Of a stretch of 64,000 nucleotides of DNA, positions 15,001 through 30,000 are shown piece by piece. Source of the DNA: Squalus acanthias. Lineage: Eukaryota. The position numbers were made by a program, and so were the translations under genes. Every line of letters begins with the position of its first letter. Position 1 is the first letter of the stretch. The notes beneath the pieces were generated by a model. That model searched no databases, had not been told where the DNA came from, and was given only the letters and a program-made list of their open reading frames with translations. The stretch spans positions 110,052,001-110,116,000 of the forward strand of contig CM059432.1 of NCBI GenBank assembly GCA_030390025.1, given 5' to 3'.

Positions 15001-18000
15001 TGAGGAGACTCAGAACAAACTGTCACAGGACAGAGAGTGAGGAGACTCAGAACAAACTGTCACAGGACAGAGAGTGAGGAGACTCAGAACAAACTGTCAC
15101 AGGACAGAGTGAGGAGACTCAGAACAAACTGTCACAGGACAGAGAGTGAGGAGACTCAGAACAAACTGTCACAGGACAGAGAGTGAGGAGACTCAGAACA
15201 AACTGTCACAGGACAGAGTGAGGAGACTCAGAACAAACTGTCACAGGACAGAGAGTGAGGAGACTCAGAACAAACTGTCACAGGACAGAGTGAGGAGACT
15301 CAGAACAAACTGTCACAGGACAGAGAGTGAGGAGACTCAGAACAAACTGTCACAGGACAGAGTGAGGAGACTCAGAACAAACTGTCACAGGACAGAGTGA
15401 GGAGACTCAGAACAAACTGTCACAGGACAGAGTGAGGAGACTCAGAACAAACTGTCACAGGACAGAGTGAGGAGACTCAGAACAAACTGTCACAGGACAG
15501 AGAGTGAGGAGACTCAGAACAAACTGTCACAGGACAGAGAGTGAGGAGACTCAGAACAAACTGTCACAGGACAGAGAGTGAGGAGACTCAGAACAAACTG
15601 TCACAGGACAGAGTGAGGAGACTCAGAACAAACTGTCACAGGACAGAGTGAGGAGACTCAGAACAAACTGTCACAGGACAGAGTGAGGAGACTCAGAACA
15701 AACTGTCACAGGACAGAGAGTGAGGAGACTCAGAACAAACTGTCACAGGACAGAGTGAGGAGACTCAGAACAAACTGTCACAGGACGAGAGTGAGGAGAC
15801 TCAGAACAAACTGTCACAGGACAGAGAGTGAGGAGACTCAGAACAAACTGTCACAGGACAGAGAGTGAGGAGACTCAGAACAAACTGTCACAGGACAGAG
15901 TGAGGAGACTCAGAACAAACTGTCACAGGACGAGAGTGAGGAGACTCAGAACAAACTGTCACAGGACAGAGAGTGAGGAGACTCAGAACAAACTGTCACA
16001 GGACAGAGTGAGGAGACTCAGAACAAACTGTCACAGGACAGAGTGAGGAGACTCAGAACAAACTGTCACAGGACAGAGTGAGGAGACTCAGAACAAACTG
16101 TCACAGGACAGAGTGAGGAGACTCAGAACAAACTGTCACAGGACAGAGTGAGGAGACTCAGAACAAACTGTCACAGGACAGAGAGTGAGGAGACTCAGAA
16201 CAAACTGTCACAGGACAGAGTGAGGAGACTCAGAACAAACTGTCACAGGACAGAGTGAGGAGACTCAGAACAAACTGTCACAGGACGAGAGTGAGGAGAC
16301 TCAGAACAAACTGTCACAGGACAGAGTGAGGAGACTCAGAACAAACTGTCACAGGACAGAGTGAGGAGACTCAGAACAAACTGTCACAGGACAGAGAGTG
16401 AGGAGACTCAGAACAAACTGTCACAGGACAGAGTGAGGAGACTCAGAACAAACTGTCACAGGACAGAGAGTGAGGAGACTCAGAACAAACTGTCACAGGA
16501 CAGAGAGTGAGGAGACTCAGAACAAACTGTCACAGGACAGAGAGTGAGGAGACTCAGAACAAACTGTCACAGGACAGAGTGAGGAGACTCAGAACAAACT
16601 GTCACAGGACAGAGTGAGGAGACTCAGAACAAACTGTCACAGGACAGAGAGTGAGGAGACTCAGAACAAACTGTCACAGGACAGAGAGTGAGGAGACTCA
16701 GAACAAACTGTCACAGGACAGAGTGAGGAGACTCAGAACAAACTGTCACAGGACAGAGTGAGGAGACTCAGAACAAACTGTCACAGGACAGAGAGTGAGG
16801 AGACTCAGAACAAACTGTCACAGGACAGAGAGTGAGGAGACTCAGAACAAACTGTCACAGGACAGAGTGAGGAGACTCAGAACAAACTGTCACAGGACAG
16901 AGAGTGAGGAGACTCAGAACAAACTGTCACAGGACAGAGAGTGAGGAGACTCAGAACAAACTGTCACAGGACAGAGTGAGGAGACTCAGAACAAACTGTC
17001 ACAGGACAGAGAGTGAGGAGACTCAGAACAAACTGTCACAGGACAGAGAGTGAGGAGACTCAGAACAAACTGTCACAGGACAGAGTGAGGAGACTCAGAA
17101 CAAACTGTCACAGGACAGAGAGTGAGGAGACTCAGAACAAACTGTCACAGGACAGAGAGTGAGGAGACTCAGAACAAACTGTCACAGGACAGAGAGTGAG
17201 GAGACTCAGAACAAACTGTCACAGGACAGAGAGTGAGGAGACTCAGAACAAACTGTCACAGGACAGAGTGAGGAGACTCAGAACAAACTGTCACAGGACA
17301 GAGAGTGAGGAGACTCAGAACAAACTGTCACAGGACAGAGAGTGAGGAGACTCAGAACAAACTGTCACAGGACAGAGAGTGAGGAGACTCAGAACAAACT
17401 GTCACAGGACAGAGAGTGAGGAGACTCAGAACAAACTGTCACAGGACAGAGAGTGAGGAGACTCAGAACAAACTGTCACAGGACGAGAGTGAGGAGACTC
17501 AGAACAAACTGTCACAGGACAGAGAGTGAGGAGACTCAGAACAAACTGTCACAGGACAGAGAGTGAGGAGACTCAGAACAAACTGTCACAGGACAGAGTG
17601 AGGAGACTCAGAACAAACTGTCACAGGACAGAGTGAGGAGACTCAGAACAAACTGTCACAGGACAGAGAGTGAGGAGACTCAGAACAAACTGTCACAGGA
17701 CAGAGAGTGAGGAGACTCAGAACAAACTGTCACAGGACAGAGAGTGAGGAGACTCAGAACAAACTGTCACAGGACAGAGTGAGGAGACTCAGAACAAACT
17801 GTCACAGGACAGAGAGTGAGGAGACTCAGAACAAACTGTCACAGGACAGAGTGAGGAGACTCAGAACAAACTGTCACAGGACAGAGAGTGAGGAGACTCA
17901 GAACAAACTGTCACAGGACAGAGTGAGGAGACTCAGAACAAACTGTCACAGGACAGAGAGTGAGGAGACTCAGAACAAACTGTCACAGGACAGAGAGTGA

Positions 18001-21000
18001 GGAGACTCAGAACAAACTGTCACAGGACAGAGTGAGGAGACTCAGAACAAACTGTCACAGGACAGAGAGTGAGGAGACTCAGAACAAACTGTCACAGGAC
18101 AGAGAGTGAGGAGACTCAGAACAAACTGTCACAGGACAGAGTGAGGAGACTCAGAACAAACTGTCACAGGACAGGAGTGAGGAGACTCAGAACAAACTGT
18201 CACAGGACAGAGAGTGAGGAGACTCAGAACAAACTGTCACAGGACAGAGTGAGGAGACTCAGAACAAACTGTCACAGGACAGAGTGAGGAGACTCAGAAC
18301 AAACTGTCACAGGACGAGAGTGAGGAGACTCAGAACAAACTGTCACAGGACAGAGAGTGAGGAGACTCAGAACAAACTGTCACAGGACAGAGTGAGGAGA
18401 CTCAGAACAAACTGTCACAGGACGAGAGTGAGGAGACTCAGAACAAACTGTCACAGGACGAGAGTGAGGAGACTCAGAACAAACTGTCACAGGACAGAGT
18501 GAGGAGACTCAGAACAAACTGTCACAGGACAGAGTGAGGAGACTCAGAACAAACTGTCACAGGACAGAGAGTGAGGAGACTCAGAACAAACTGTCACAGG
18601 ACAGAGAGTGAGGAGACTCAGAACAAACTGTCACAGGACAGAGAGTGAGGAGACTCAGAACAAACTGTCACAGGACAGAGTGAGGAGACTCAGAACAAAC
18701 TGTCACAGGACAGAGAGTGAGGAGACTCAGAACAAACTGTCACAGGACAGAGAGTGAGGAGACTCAGAACAAACTGTCACAGGACAGAGAGTGAGGAGAC
18801 TCAGAACAAACTGTCACAGGACAGAGAGTGAGGAGACTCAGAACAAACTGTCACAGGACAGAGTGAGGAGACTCAGAACAAACTGTCACAGGACAGAGTG
18901 AGGAGACTCAGAACAAACTGTCACAGGACAGAGAGTGAGGAGACTCAGAACAAACTGTCACAGGACAGAGAGTGAGGAGACTCAGAACAAACTGTCACAG
19001 GACAGAGAGTGAGGAGACTCAGAACAAACTGTCACAGGACAGAGAGTGAGGAGACTCAGAACAAACTGTCACAGGACAGAGAGTGAGGAGACTCAGAACA
19101 AACTGTCACAGGACAGAGTGAGGAGACTCAGAACAAACTGTCACAGGACAGAGAGTGAGGAGACTCAGAACAAACTGTCACAGGACAGAGAGTGAGGAGA
19201 CTCAGAACAAACTGTCACAGGACAGAGAGTGAGGAGACTCAGAACAAACTGTCACAGGACAGAGAGTGAGGAGACTCAGAACAAACTGTCACAGGACAGA
19301 GAGTGAGGAGACTCAGAACAAACTGTCACAGGACAGAGAGTGAGGAGACTCAGAACAAACTGTCACAGGACAGAGTGAGGAGACTCAGAACAAACTGTCA
19401 CAGGACAGAGAGTGAGGAGACTCAGAACAAACTGTCACAGGACAGAGTGAGGAGACTCAGAACAAACTGTCACAGGACAGAGAGTGAGGAGACTCAGAAC
19501 AAACTGTCACAGGACAGAGAGTGAGGAGACTCAGAACAAACTGTCACAGGACAGAGTGAGGAGACTCAGAACAAACTGTCACAGGACAGAGAGTGAGGAG
19601 ACTCAGAACAAACTGTCACAGGACAGAGTGAGGAGACTCAGAACAAACTGTCACAGGACAGAGAGTGAGGAGACTCAGAACAAACTGTCACAGGACAGAG
19701 TGAGGAGACTCAGAACAAACTGTCACAGGACAGAGTGAGGAGACTCAGAACAAACTGTCACAGGACAGAGAGTGAGGAGACTCAGAACAAACTGTCACAG
19801 GACGAGAGTGAGGAGACTCAGAACAAACTGTCACAGGACAGAGAGTGAGGAGACTCAGAACAAACTGTCACAGGACAGAGTGAGGAGACTCAGAACAAAC
19901 TGTCACAGGACAGAGAGTGAGGAGACTCAGAACAAACTGTCACAGGACAGAGTGAGGAGACTCAGAACAAACTGTCACAGGACAGAGAGTGAGGAGACTC
20001 AGAACAAACTGTCACAGGACAGAGTGAGGAGACTCAGAACAAACTGTCACAGGACAGAGAGTGAGGAGACTCAGAACAAACTGTCACAGGACAGAGAGTG
20101 AGGAGACTCAGAACAAACTGTCACAGGACAGAGAGTGAGGAGACTCAGAACAAACTGTCACAGGACAGAGAGTGAGGAGACTCAGAACAAACTGTCACAG
20201 GACAGAGAGTGAGGAGACTCAGAACAAACTGTCACAGGACAGAGAGTGAGGAGACTCAGAACAAACTGTCACAGGACAGAGAGTGAGGAGACTCAGAACA
20301 AACTGTCACAGGACAGAGTGAGGAGACTCAGAACAAACTGTCACAGGACAGAGTGAGGAGACTCAGAACAAACTGTCACAGGACAGAGAGTGAGGAGACT
20401 CAGAACAAACTGTCACAGGACAGAGTGAGGAGACTCAGAACAAACTGTCACAGGACGAGAGTGAGGAGACTCAGAACAAACTGTCACAGGACAGAGTGAG
20501 GAGACTCAGAACAAACTGTCACAGGACAGAGTGAGGAGACTCAGAACAAACTGTCACAGGACAGAGAGTGAGGAGACTCAGAACAAACTGTCACAGGACA
20601 GAGAGTGAGGAGACTCAGAACAAACTGTCACAGGACAGAGAGTGAGGAGACTCAGAACAAACTGTCACAGGACAGAGTGAGGAGACTCAGAACAAACTGT
20701 CACAGGACAGAGTGAGGAGACTCAGAACAAACTGTCACAGGACAGAGAGTGAGGAGACTCAGAACAAACTGTCACAGGACGAGAGTGAGGAGACTCAGAA
20801 CAAACTGTCACAGGACGAGAGTGAGGAGACTCAGAACAAACTGTCACAGGACAGAGTGAGGAGACTCAGAACAAACTGTCACAGGACAGAGAGTGAGGAG
20901 ACTCAGAACAAACTGTCACAGGACAGAGAGTGAGGAGACTCAGAACAAACTGTCACAGGACAGAGTGAGGAGACTCAGAACAAACTGTCACAGGACAGAG

Positions 21001-24000
21001 TGAGGAGACTCAGAACAAACTGTCACAGGACAGAGAGTGAGGAGACTCAGAACAAACTGTCACAGGACAGAGAGTGAGGAGACTCAGAACAAACTGTCAC
21101 AGGACAGAGAGTGAGGAGACTCAGAACAAACTGTCACAGGACAGAGAGTGAGGAGACTCAGAACAAACTGTCACAGGACAGAGAGTGAGGAGACTCAGAA
21201 CAAACTGTCACAGGACAGAGTGAGGAGACTCAGAACAAACTGTCACAGGACAGAGAGTGAGGAGACTCAGAACAAACTGTCACAGGACAGAGAGTGAGGA
21301 GACTCAGAACAAACTGTCACAGGACAGAGAGTGAGGAGACTCAGAACAAACTGTCACAGGACAGAGTGAGGAGACTCAGAACAAACTGTCACAGGACAGA
21401 GTGAGGAGACTCAGAACAAACTGTCACAGGACAGAGTGAGGAGACTCAGAACAAACTGTCACAGGACAGAGTGAGGAGACTCAGAACAAACTGTCACAGG
21501 ACAGAGAGTGAGGAGACTCAGAACAAACTGTCACAGGACGAGAGTGAGGAGACTCAGAACAAACTGTCACAGGACGAGAGTGAGGAGACTCAGAACAAAC
21601 TGTCACAGGACAGAGTGAGGAGACTCAGAACAAACTGTCACAGGACAGAGAGTGAGGAGACTCAGAACAAACTGTCACAGGACAGAGAGTGAGGAGACTC
21701 AGAACAAACTGTCACAGGACAGAGTGAGGAGACTCAGAACAAACTGTCACAGGACAGAGAGTGAGGAGACTCAGAACAAACTGTCACAGGACAGAGTGAG
21801 GAGACTCAGAACAAACTGTCACAGGACAGAGAGTGAGGAGACTCAGAACAAACTGTCACAGGACAGAGTGAGGAGACTCAGAACAAACTGTCACAGGACA
21901 GAGTGAGGAGACTCAGAACAAACTGTCACAGGACAGAGAGTGAGGAGACTCAGAACAAACTGTCACAGGACAGAGAGTGAGGAGACTCAGAACAAACTGT
22001 CACAGGACAGAGTGAGGAGACTCAGAACAAACTGTCACAGGACAGAGAGTGAGGAGACTCAGAACAAACTGTCACAGGACAGAGAGTGAGGAGACTCAGA
22101 ACAAACTGTCACAGGACAGAGAGTGAGGAGACTCAGAACAAACTGTCACAGGACAGAGAGTGAGGAGACTCAGAACAAACTGTCACAGGACAGAGAGTGA
22201 GGAGACTCAGAACAAACTGTCACAGGACAGAGAGTGAGGAGACTCAGAACAAACTGTCACAGGACGAGAGTGAGGAGACTCAGAACAAACTGTCACAGGA
22301 CAGAGAGTGAGGAGACTCAGAACAAACTGTCACAGGACAGAGTGAGGAGACTCAGAACAAACTGTCACAGGACAGAGTGAGGAGACTCAGAACAAACTGT
22401 CACAGGACAGAGAGTGAGGAGACTCAGAACAAACTGTCACAGGACAGAGTGAGGAGACTCAGAACAAACTGTCACAGGACAGAGAGTGAGGAGACTCAGA
22501 ACAAACTGTCACAGGACAGAGAGTGAGGAGACTCAGAACAAACTGTCACAGGACAGAGTGAGGAGACTCAGAACAAACTGTCACAGGACAGAGAGTGAGG
22601 AGACTCAGAACAAACTGTCACAGGACAGAGTGAGGAGACTCAGAACAAACTGTCACAGGACAGAGTGAGGAGACTCAGAACAAACTGTCACAGGACGAGA
22701 GTGAGGAGACTCAGAACAAACTGTCACAGGACAGAGAGTGAGGAGACTCAGAACAAACTGTCACAGGACAGAGAGTGAGGAGACTCAGAACAAACTGTCA
22801 CAGGACAGAGTGAGGAGACTCAGAACAAACTGTCACAGGACAGAGAGTGAGGAGACTCAGAACAAACTGTCACAGGACAGAGAGTGAGGAGACTCAGAAC
22901 AAACTGTCACAGGACAGAGTGAGGAGACTCAGAACAAACTGTCACAGGACAGAGAGTGAGGAGACTCAGAACAAACTGTCACAGGACAGAGTGAGGAGAC
23001 TCAGAACAAACTGTCACAGGACAGAGAGTGAGGAGACTCAGAACAAACTGTCACAGGACGAGAGTGAGGAGACTCAGAACAAACTGTCACAGGACAGGAG
23101 TGAGGAGACTCAGAACAAACTGTCACAGGACAGAGTGAGGAGACTCAGAACAAACTGTCACAGGACAGAGAGTGAGGAGACTCAGAACAAACTGTCACAG
23201 GACAGAGTGAGGAGACTCAGAACAAACTGTCACAGGACAGAGTGAGGAGACTCAGAACAAACTGTCACAGGACAGAGTGAGGAGACTCAGAACAAACTGT
23301 CACAGGACAGAGAGTGAGGAGACTCAGAACAAACTGTCACAGGACAGAGAGTGAGGAGACTCAGAACAAACTGTCACAGGACAGAGTGAGGAGACTCAGA
23401 ACAAACTGTCACAGGACGAGAGTGAGGAGACTCAGAACAAACTGTCACAGGACAGAGAGTGAGGAGACTCAGAACAAACTGTCACAGGACAGAGAGTGAG
23501 GAGACTCAGAACAAACTGTCACAGGACAGAGAGTGAGGAGACTCAGAACAAACTGTCACAGGACAGAGAGTGAGGAGACTCAGAACAAACTGTCACAGGA
23601 CAGGAGTGAGGAGACTCAGAACAAACTGTCACAGGACAGAGTGAGGAGACTCAGAACAAACTGTCACAGGACAGAGTGAGGAGACTCAGAACAAACTGTC
23701 ACAGGACAGAGAGTGAGGAGACTCAGAACAAACTGTCACAGGACAGAGTGAGGAGACTCAGAACAAACTGTCACAGGACAGAGAGTGAGGAGACTCAGAA
23801 CAAACTGTCACAGGACAGAGAGTGAGGAGACTCAGAACAAACTGTCACAGGACAGAGAGTGAGGAGACTCAGAACAAACTGTCACAGGACAGAGTGAGGA
23901 GACTCAGAACAAACTGTCACAGGACAGAGAGTGAGGAGACTCAGAACAAACTGTCACAGGACAGAGAGTGAGGAGACTCAGAACAAACTGTCACAGGACA

Positions 24001-27000
24001 GAGAGTGAGGAGACTCAGAACAAACTGTCACAGGACAGAGTGAGGAGACTCAGAACAAACTGTCACAGGACAGAGAGTGAGGAGACTCAGAACAAACTGT
24101 CACAGGACAGAGAGTGAGGAGACTCAGAACAAACTGTCACAGGACAGAGAGTGAGGAGACTCAGAACAAACTGTCACAGGACGAGAGTGAGGAGACTCAG
24201 AACAAACTGTCACAGGACAGAGAGTGAGGAGACTCAGAACAAACTGTCACAGGACAGAGTGAGGAGACTCAGAACAAACTGTCACAGGACAGAGAGTGAG
24301 GAGACTCAGAACAAACTGTCACAGGACAGAGTGAGGAGACTCAGAACAAACTGTCACAGGACAGAGAGTGAGGAGACTCAGAACAAACTGTCACAGGACA
24401 GAGAGTGAGGAGACTCAGAACAAACTGTCACAGGACAGAGAGTGAGGAGACTCAGAACAAACTGTCACAGGACAGAGAGTGAGGAGACTCAGAACAAACT
24501 GTCACAGGACAGAGAGTGAGGAGACTCAGAACAAACTGTCACAGGACAGAGAGTGAGGAGACTCAGAACAAACTGTCACAGGACGAGAGTGAGGAGACTC
24601 AGAACAAACTGTCACAGGACAGAGTGAGGAGACTCAGAACAAACTGTCACAGGACAGAGAGTGAGGAGACTCAGAACAAACTGTCACAGGACGAGAGTGA
24701 GGAGACTCAGAACAAACTGTCACAGGACAGAGGTGAGGAGACTCAGAACAAACTGTCACAGGACAGAGAGTGAGGAGACTCAGAACAAACTGTCACAGGA
24801 CAGAGAGTGAGGAGACTCAGAACAAACTGTCACAGGACAGAGAGTGAGGAGACTCAGAACAAACTGTCACAGGACAGAGAGTGAGGAGACTCAGAACAAA
24901 CTGTCACAGGACAGAGAGTGAGGAGACTCAGAACAAACTGTCACAGGACAGAGAGTGAGGAGACTCAGAACAAACTGTCACAGGACAGAGAGTGAGGAGA
25001 CTCAGAACAAACTGTCACAGGACAGAGAGTGAGGAGACTCAGAACAAACTGTCACAGGACAGAGTGAGGAGACTCAGAACAAACTGTCACAGGACAGAGT
25101 GAGGAGACTCAGAACAAACTGTCACAGGACAGAGAGTGAGGAGACTCAGAACAAACTGTCACAGGACAGAGTGAGGAGACTCAGAACAAACTGTCACAGG
25201 ACAGAGAGTGAGGAGACTCAGAACAAACTGTCACAGGACAGAGTGAGGAGACTCAGAACAAACTGTCACAGGACAGAGTGAGGAGACTCAGAACAAACTG
25301 TCACAGGACAGAGAGTGAGGAGACTCAGAACAAACTGTCACAGGACAGAGAGTGAGGAGACTCAGAACAAACTGTCACAGGACGAGAGTGAGGAGACTCA
25401 GAACAAACTGTCACAGGACAGAGAGTGAGGAGACTCAGAACAAACTGTCACAGGACAGAGAGTGAGGAGACTCAGAACAAACTGTCACAGGACAGAGTGA
25501 GGAGACTCAGAACAAACTGTCACAGGACAGAGTGAGGAGACTCAGAACAAACTGTCACAGGACAGAGTGAGGAGACTCAGAACAAACTGTCACAGGACGA
25601 GAGTGAGGAGACTCAGAACAAACTGTCACAGGACAGAGAGTGAGGAGACTCAGAACAAACTGTCACAGGACAGAGAGTGAGGAGACTCAGAACAAACTGT
25701 CACAGGACAGAGTGAGGAGACTCAGAACAAACTGTCACAGGACAGAGTGAGGAGACTCAGAACAAACTGTCACAGGACAGAGAGTGAGGAGACTCAGAAC
25801 AAACTGTCACAGGACGAGAGTGAGGAGACTCAGAACAAACTGTCACAGGACGAGAGTGAGGAGACTCAGAACAAACTGTCACAGGACAGAGAGTGAGGAG
25901 ACTCAGAACAAACTGTCACAGGACAGAGAGTGAGGAGACTCAGAACAAACTGTCACAGGACAGAGTGAGGAGACTCAGAACAAACTGTCACAGGACAGAG
26001 AGTGAGGAGACTCAGAACAAACTGTCACAGGACAGAGAGTGAGGAGACTCAGAACAAACTGTCACAGGACAGAGAGTGAGGAGACTCAGAACAAACTGTC
26101 CACAGGACAGAGAGTGAGGAGACTCAGAACAAACTGTCACAGGACAGAGTGAGGAGACTCAGAACAAACTGTCACAGGACAGAGTGAGGAGACTCAGAAC
26201 AAACTGTCACAGGACAGAGAGTGAGGAGACTCAGAACAAACTGTCACAGGACAGAGAGTGAGGAGACTCAGAACAAACTGTCACAGGACAGAGTGAGGAG
26301 ACTCAGAACAAACTGTCACAGGACAGAGAGTGAGGAGACTCAGAACAAACTGTCACAGGACAGAGAGTGAGGAGACTCAGAACAAACTGTCACAGGACAG
26401 AGAGTGAGGAGACTCAGAACAAACTGTCACAGGACAGAGAGTGAGGAGACTCAGAACAAACTGTCACAGGACAGAGAGTGAGGAGACTCAGAACAAACTG
26501 TCACAGGACAGAGTGAGGAGACTCAGAACAAACTGTCACAGGACAGAGAGTGAGGAGACTCAGAACAAACTGTCACAGGACAGAGAGTGAGGAGACTCAG
26601 AACAAACTGTCACAGGACAGAGTGAGGAGACTCAGAACAAACTGTCACAGGACAGAGAGTGAGGAGACTCAGAACAAACTGTCACAGGACAGAGTGAGGA
26701 GACTCAGAACAAACGGTCACAGACAGAGAGTGAGGAGACTCAGAACAAACTGTCACAGGACAGAGAGTGAGGAGACTCAGAACAAACTGTCACAGGACAG
26801 AGTGAGGAGACTCAGAACAAACTGTCACAGGACGAGAGTGAGGAGACTCAGAACAAACTGTCACAGGACAGAGAGTGAGGAGACTCAGAACAAACTGTCA
26901 CAGGACAGAGAGTGAGGAGACTCAGAACAAACTGTCACAGGACAGAGTGAGGAGACTCAGAACAAACTGTCACAGGACAGAGAGTGAGGAGACTCAGAAC

Positions 27001-30000
27001 AAACTGTCACAGACAGAGAGTGAGGAGACTCAGAACAAACTGTCACAGGACAGAGTGAGGAGACTCAGAACAAACTGTCACAGGACAGAGTGAGGAGACT
27101 CAGAACAAACTGTCACAGGACAGAGAGTGAGGAGACTCAGAACAAACTGTCACAGGACAGAGAGTGAGGAGACTCAGAACAAACTGTCACAGGACAGAGT
27201 GAGGAGACTCAGAACAAACTGTCACAGGACAGAGAGTGAGGAGACTCAGAACAAACTGTCACAGGACGGAGAGTGAGGAGACTCAGAACAAACTGTCACA
27301 GGACAGAGTGAGGAGACTCAGAACAAACTGCCACAGGACAGAGTGAGGAGACTCAGAACAAACTGTCACAGGACAGAGTGAGGAGACTCAGAACAAACTG
27401 TCACAGGACAGAGTGAGGAGACTCAGAACAAACTGTCACAGGACAGAGAGTGAGGAGACTCAGAACAAACTGTCACAGGACAGAGTGAGGAGACTCAGAA
27501 CAAACTGTCACAGGACAGAGTGAGGAGACTCAGAACAAACTGTCACAGGACAGAGTGAGGAGACTCAGAACAAACTGTCACAGGACAGAGAGTGAGGAGA
27601 CTCAGAACAAACTGTCACAGGACAGAGAGTGAGGAGACTCAGAACAAACTGTCACAGGACAGAGTGAGGAGACTCAGAACAAACTGTCACAGGACAGAGT
27701 GAGGAGACTCAGAACAAACTGTCACAGGACAGAGAGTGAGGAGACTCAGAACAAACTGTCACAGGACAGAGTGAGGAGACTCAGAACAAACTGTCACAGG
27801 ACAGAGAGTGAGGAGACTCAGAACAAACTGTCCACAGGACAGAGAGTGAGGAGACTCAGAACAAACTGTCACAGGACAGAGTGAGGAGACTCAGAACAAA
27901 CTGCCACAGGACAGAGAGTGAGGAGACTCAGAACAAACTGTCACAGGACAGAGAGTGAGGAGACTCAGAACAAACTGTCACAGGACAGAGTGAGGGAGAC
28001 TCAGAACAAACTGTCACAGGACAGAGTGAGGAGACTCAGAACAAACTGTCACAGGACAGAGAGTGAGGAGACTCAGAACAAACTGTCACAGGACAGAGAG
28101 TGAGGAGACTCAGAACAAACTGTCACAGGACAGAGAGTGAGGAGACTCAGAACAAACTGTCACAGGACAGAGAGTGAGGAGACTCAGAACAAACTGTCAC
28201 AGGACAGAGTGAGGAGACTCAGAACAAACTGTCACAGGACAGAGAGTGAGGAGACTCAGAACAAACTGTCACAGGACGGAGAGTGAGGAGACTCAGAACA
28301 AACTGTCACAGGACAGAGAGTGAGGAGACTCAGAACAAACTGTCACAGGACAGAGTGAGGAGACTCAGAACAAACTGTCACAGGACAGAGTGAGGAGACT
28401 CAGAACAAACTGTCACAGGACAGAGAGTGAGGAGACTCAGAACAAACTGTCACAGGACAGAGAGTGAGGAGACTCAGAACAAACTGTCACAGGACAGAGT
28501 GAGGAGACTCAGAACAAACTGTCACAGGACAGAGAGTGAGGAGACTCAGAACAAACTGTCACAGGACAGAGTGAGGAGACTCAGAACAAACTGCACAGGA
28601 CGAGAGTGAGGAGACTCAGAACAAACTGTCACAGGACAGAGTGAGGAGACTCAGAACAAACTGTCACAGGACAGAGAGTGAGGAGACTCAGAACAAACTG
28701 TCACAGGACAGAGAGTGAGGAGACTCAGAACAAACTGTCACAGGACAGAGATGAGGAGACTCAGAACAAACTGTCACAGGACAGAGTGAGGAGACTCAGA
28801 ACAAACTGTCACAGGACAGAGAGTGAGGAGACTCAGAACAAACTGTCACAGGACAGAGTGAGGAGACTCAGAACAAACTGTCACAGGACAGAGAGTGAGG
28901 AGACTCAGAACAAACTGTCACAGGACAGAGAGTGAGGAGACTCAGAACAAACTGTCACAGGACAGAGTGAGGAGACTCAGAACAAACTGTCACAGGACAG
29001 AGTGAGGAGACTCAGAACAAACTGTCACAGGACAGAGAGTGAGGAGACTCAGAACAAACTGTCACAGGACAGAGAGTGAGGAGACTCAGAACAAACTGTC
29101 ACAGGACAGAGTGAGGAGACTCAGAACAAACTGTCACAGGACAGAGAGTGAGGAGACTCAGAACAAACTGTCACAGGACAGAGTGAGGAGACTCAGAACA
29201 AACTGTCACAGGACAGAGTGAGGAGACTCAGAACAAACTGTCACAGGACGAGAGTGAGGAGACTCAGAACAAACTGTCACAGGACAGAGAGTGAGGAGAC
29301 TCAGAACAAACTGCCACAGGACGGAGAGTGAGGAGACTCAGAACAAACTGTCACAGGACAGAGAGTGAGGAGACTCAGAACAAACTGTCACAGGACAGAG
29401 AGTGAGGAGACTCAGAACAAACTGTCACAGGACAGAGTGAGGAGACTCAGAACAAACTGTCACAGGACAGAGAGTGAGGAGACTCAGAACAAACTGTCAC
29501 AGGACAGAGAGTGAGGAGACTCAGAACAAACTGTCACAGGACAGAGTGAGGAGACTCAGAACAAACTGTCACAGGACAGAGAGTGATGAGACTCAGAACA
29601 AACTGTCACAGGACAGAGTGAGAGACTCAGAACAAACTGTCACAGGACAGAGAGTGAGGAGACTCAGAACAACTGTCACAGGAAGAGTGAGGAGACTCAG
29701 AACAAAGCTGTCACAGGACTGAGTGAGGAGACTCAGAACAAACTGTCACAGGACAGAGAGGTGAGGAGACTCAGAACAAACTGTCACAGGACAGAGTGAG
29801 GAGACTCAGAACAAACTGTCACAGGACAGAGAGTGAGGAGACTCAGAACAAACTGTCACAGGACAGAGTGAGGAGACTCAGAACAACTGTCACAGGACAG
29901 AGAGTGAGGAGACTCAGAACAAACTGTCACAGACAGAGAGTGAGGAGACTACAGAACAAACTGTCACAGGACAGAGTGAGGAGACTCAGAACAAACTGTC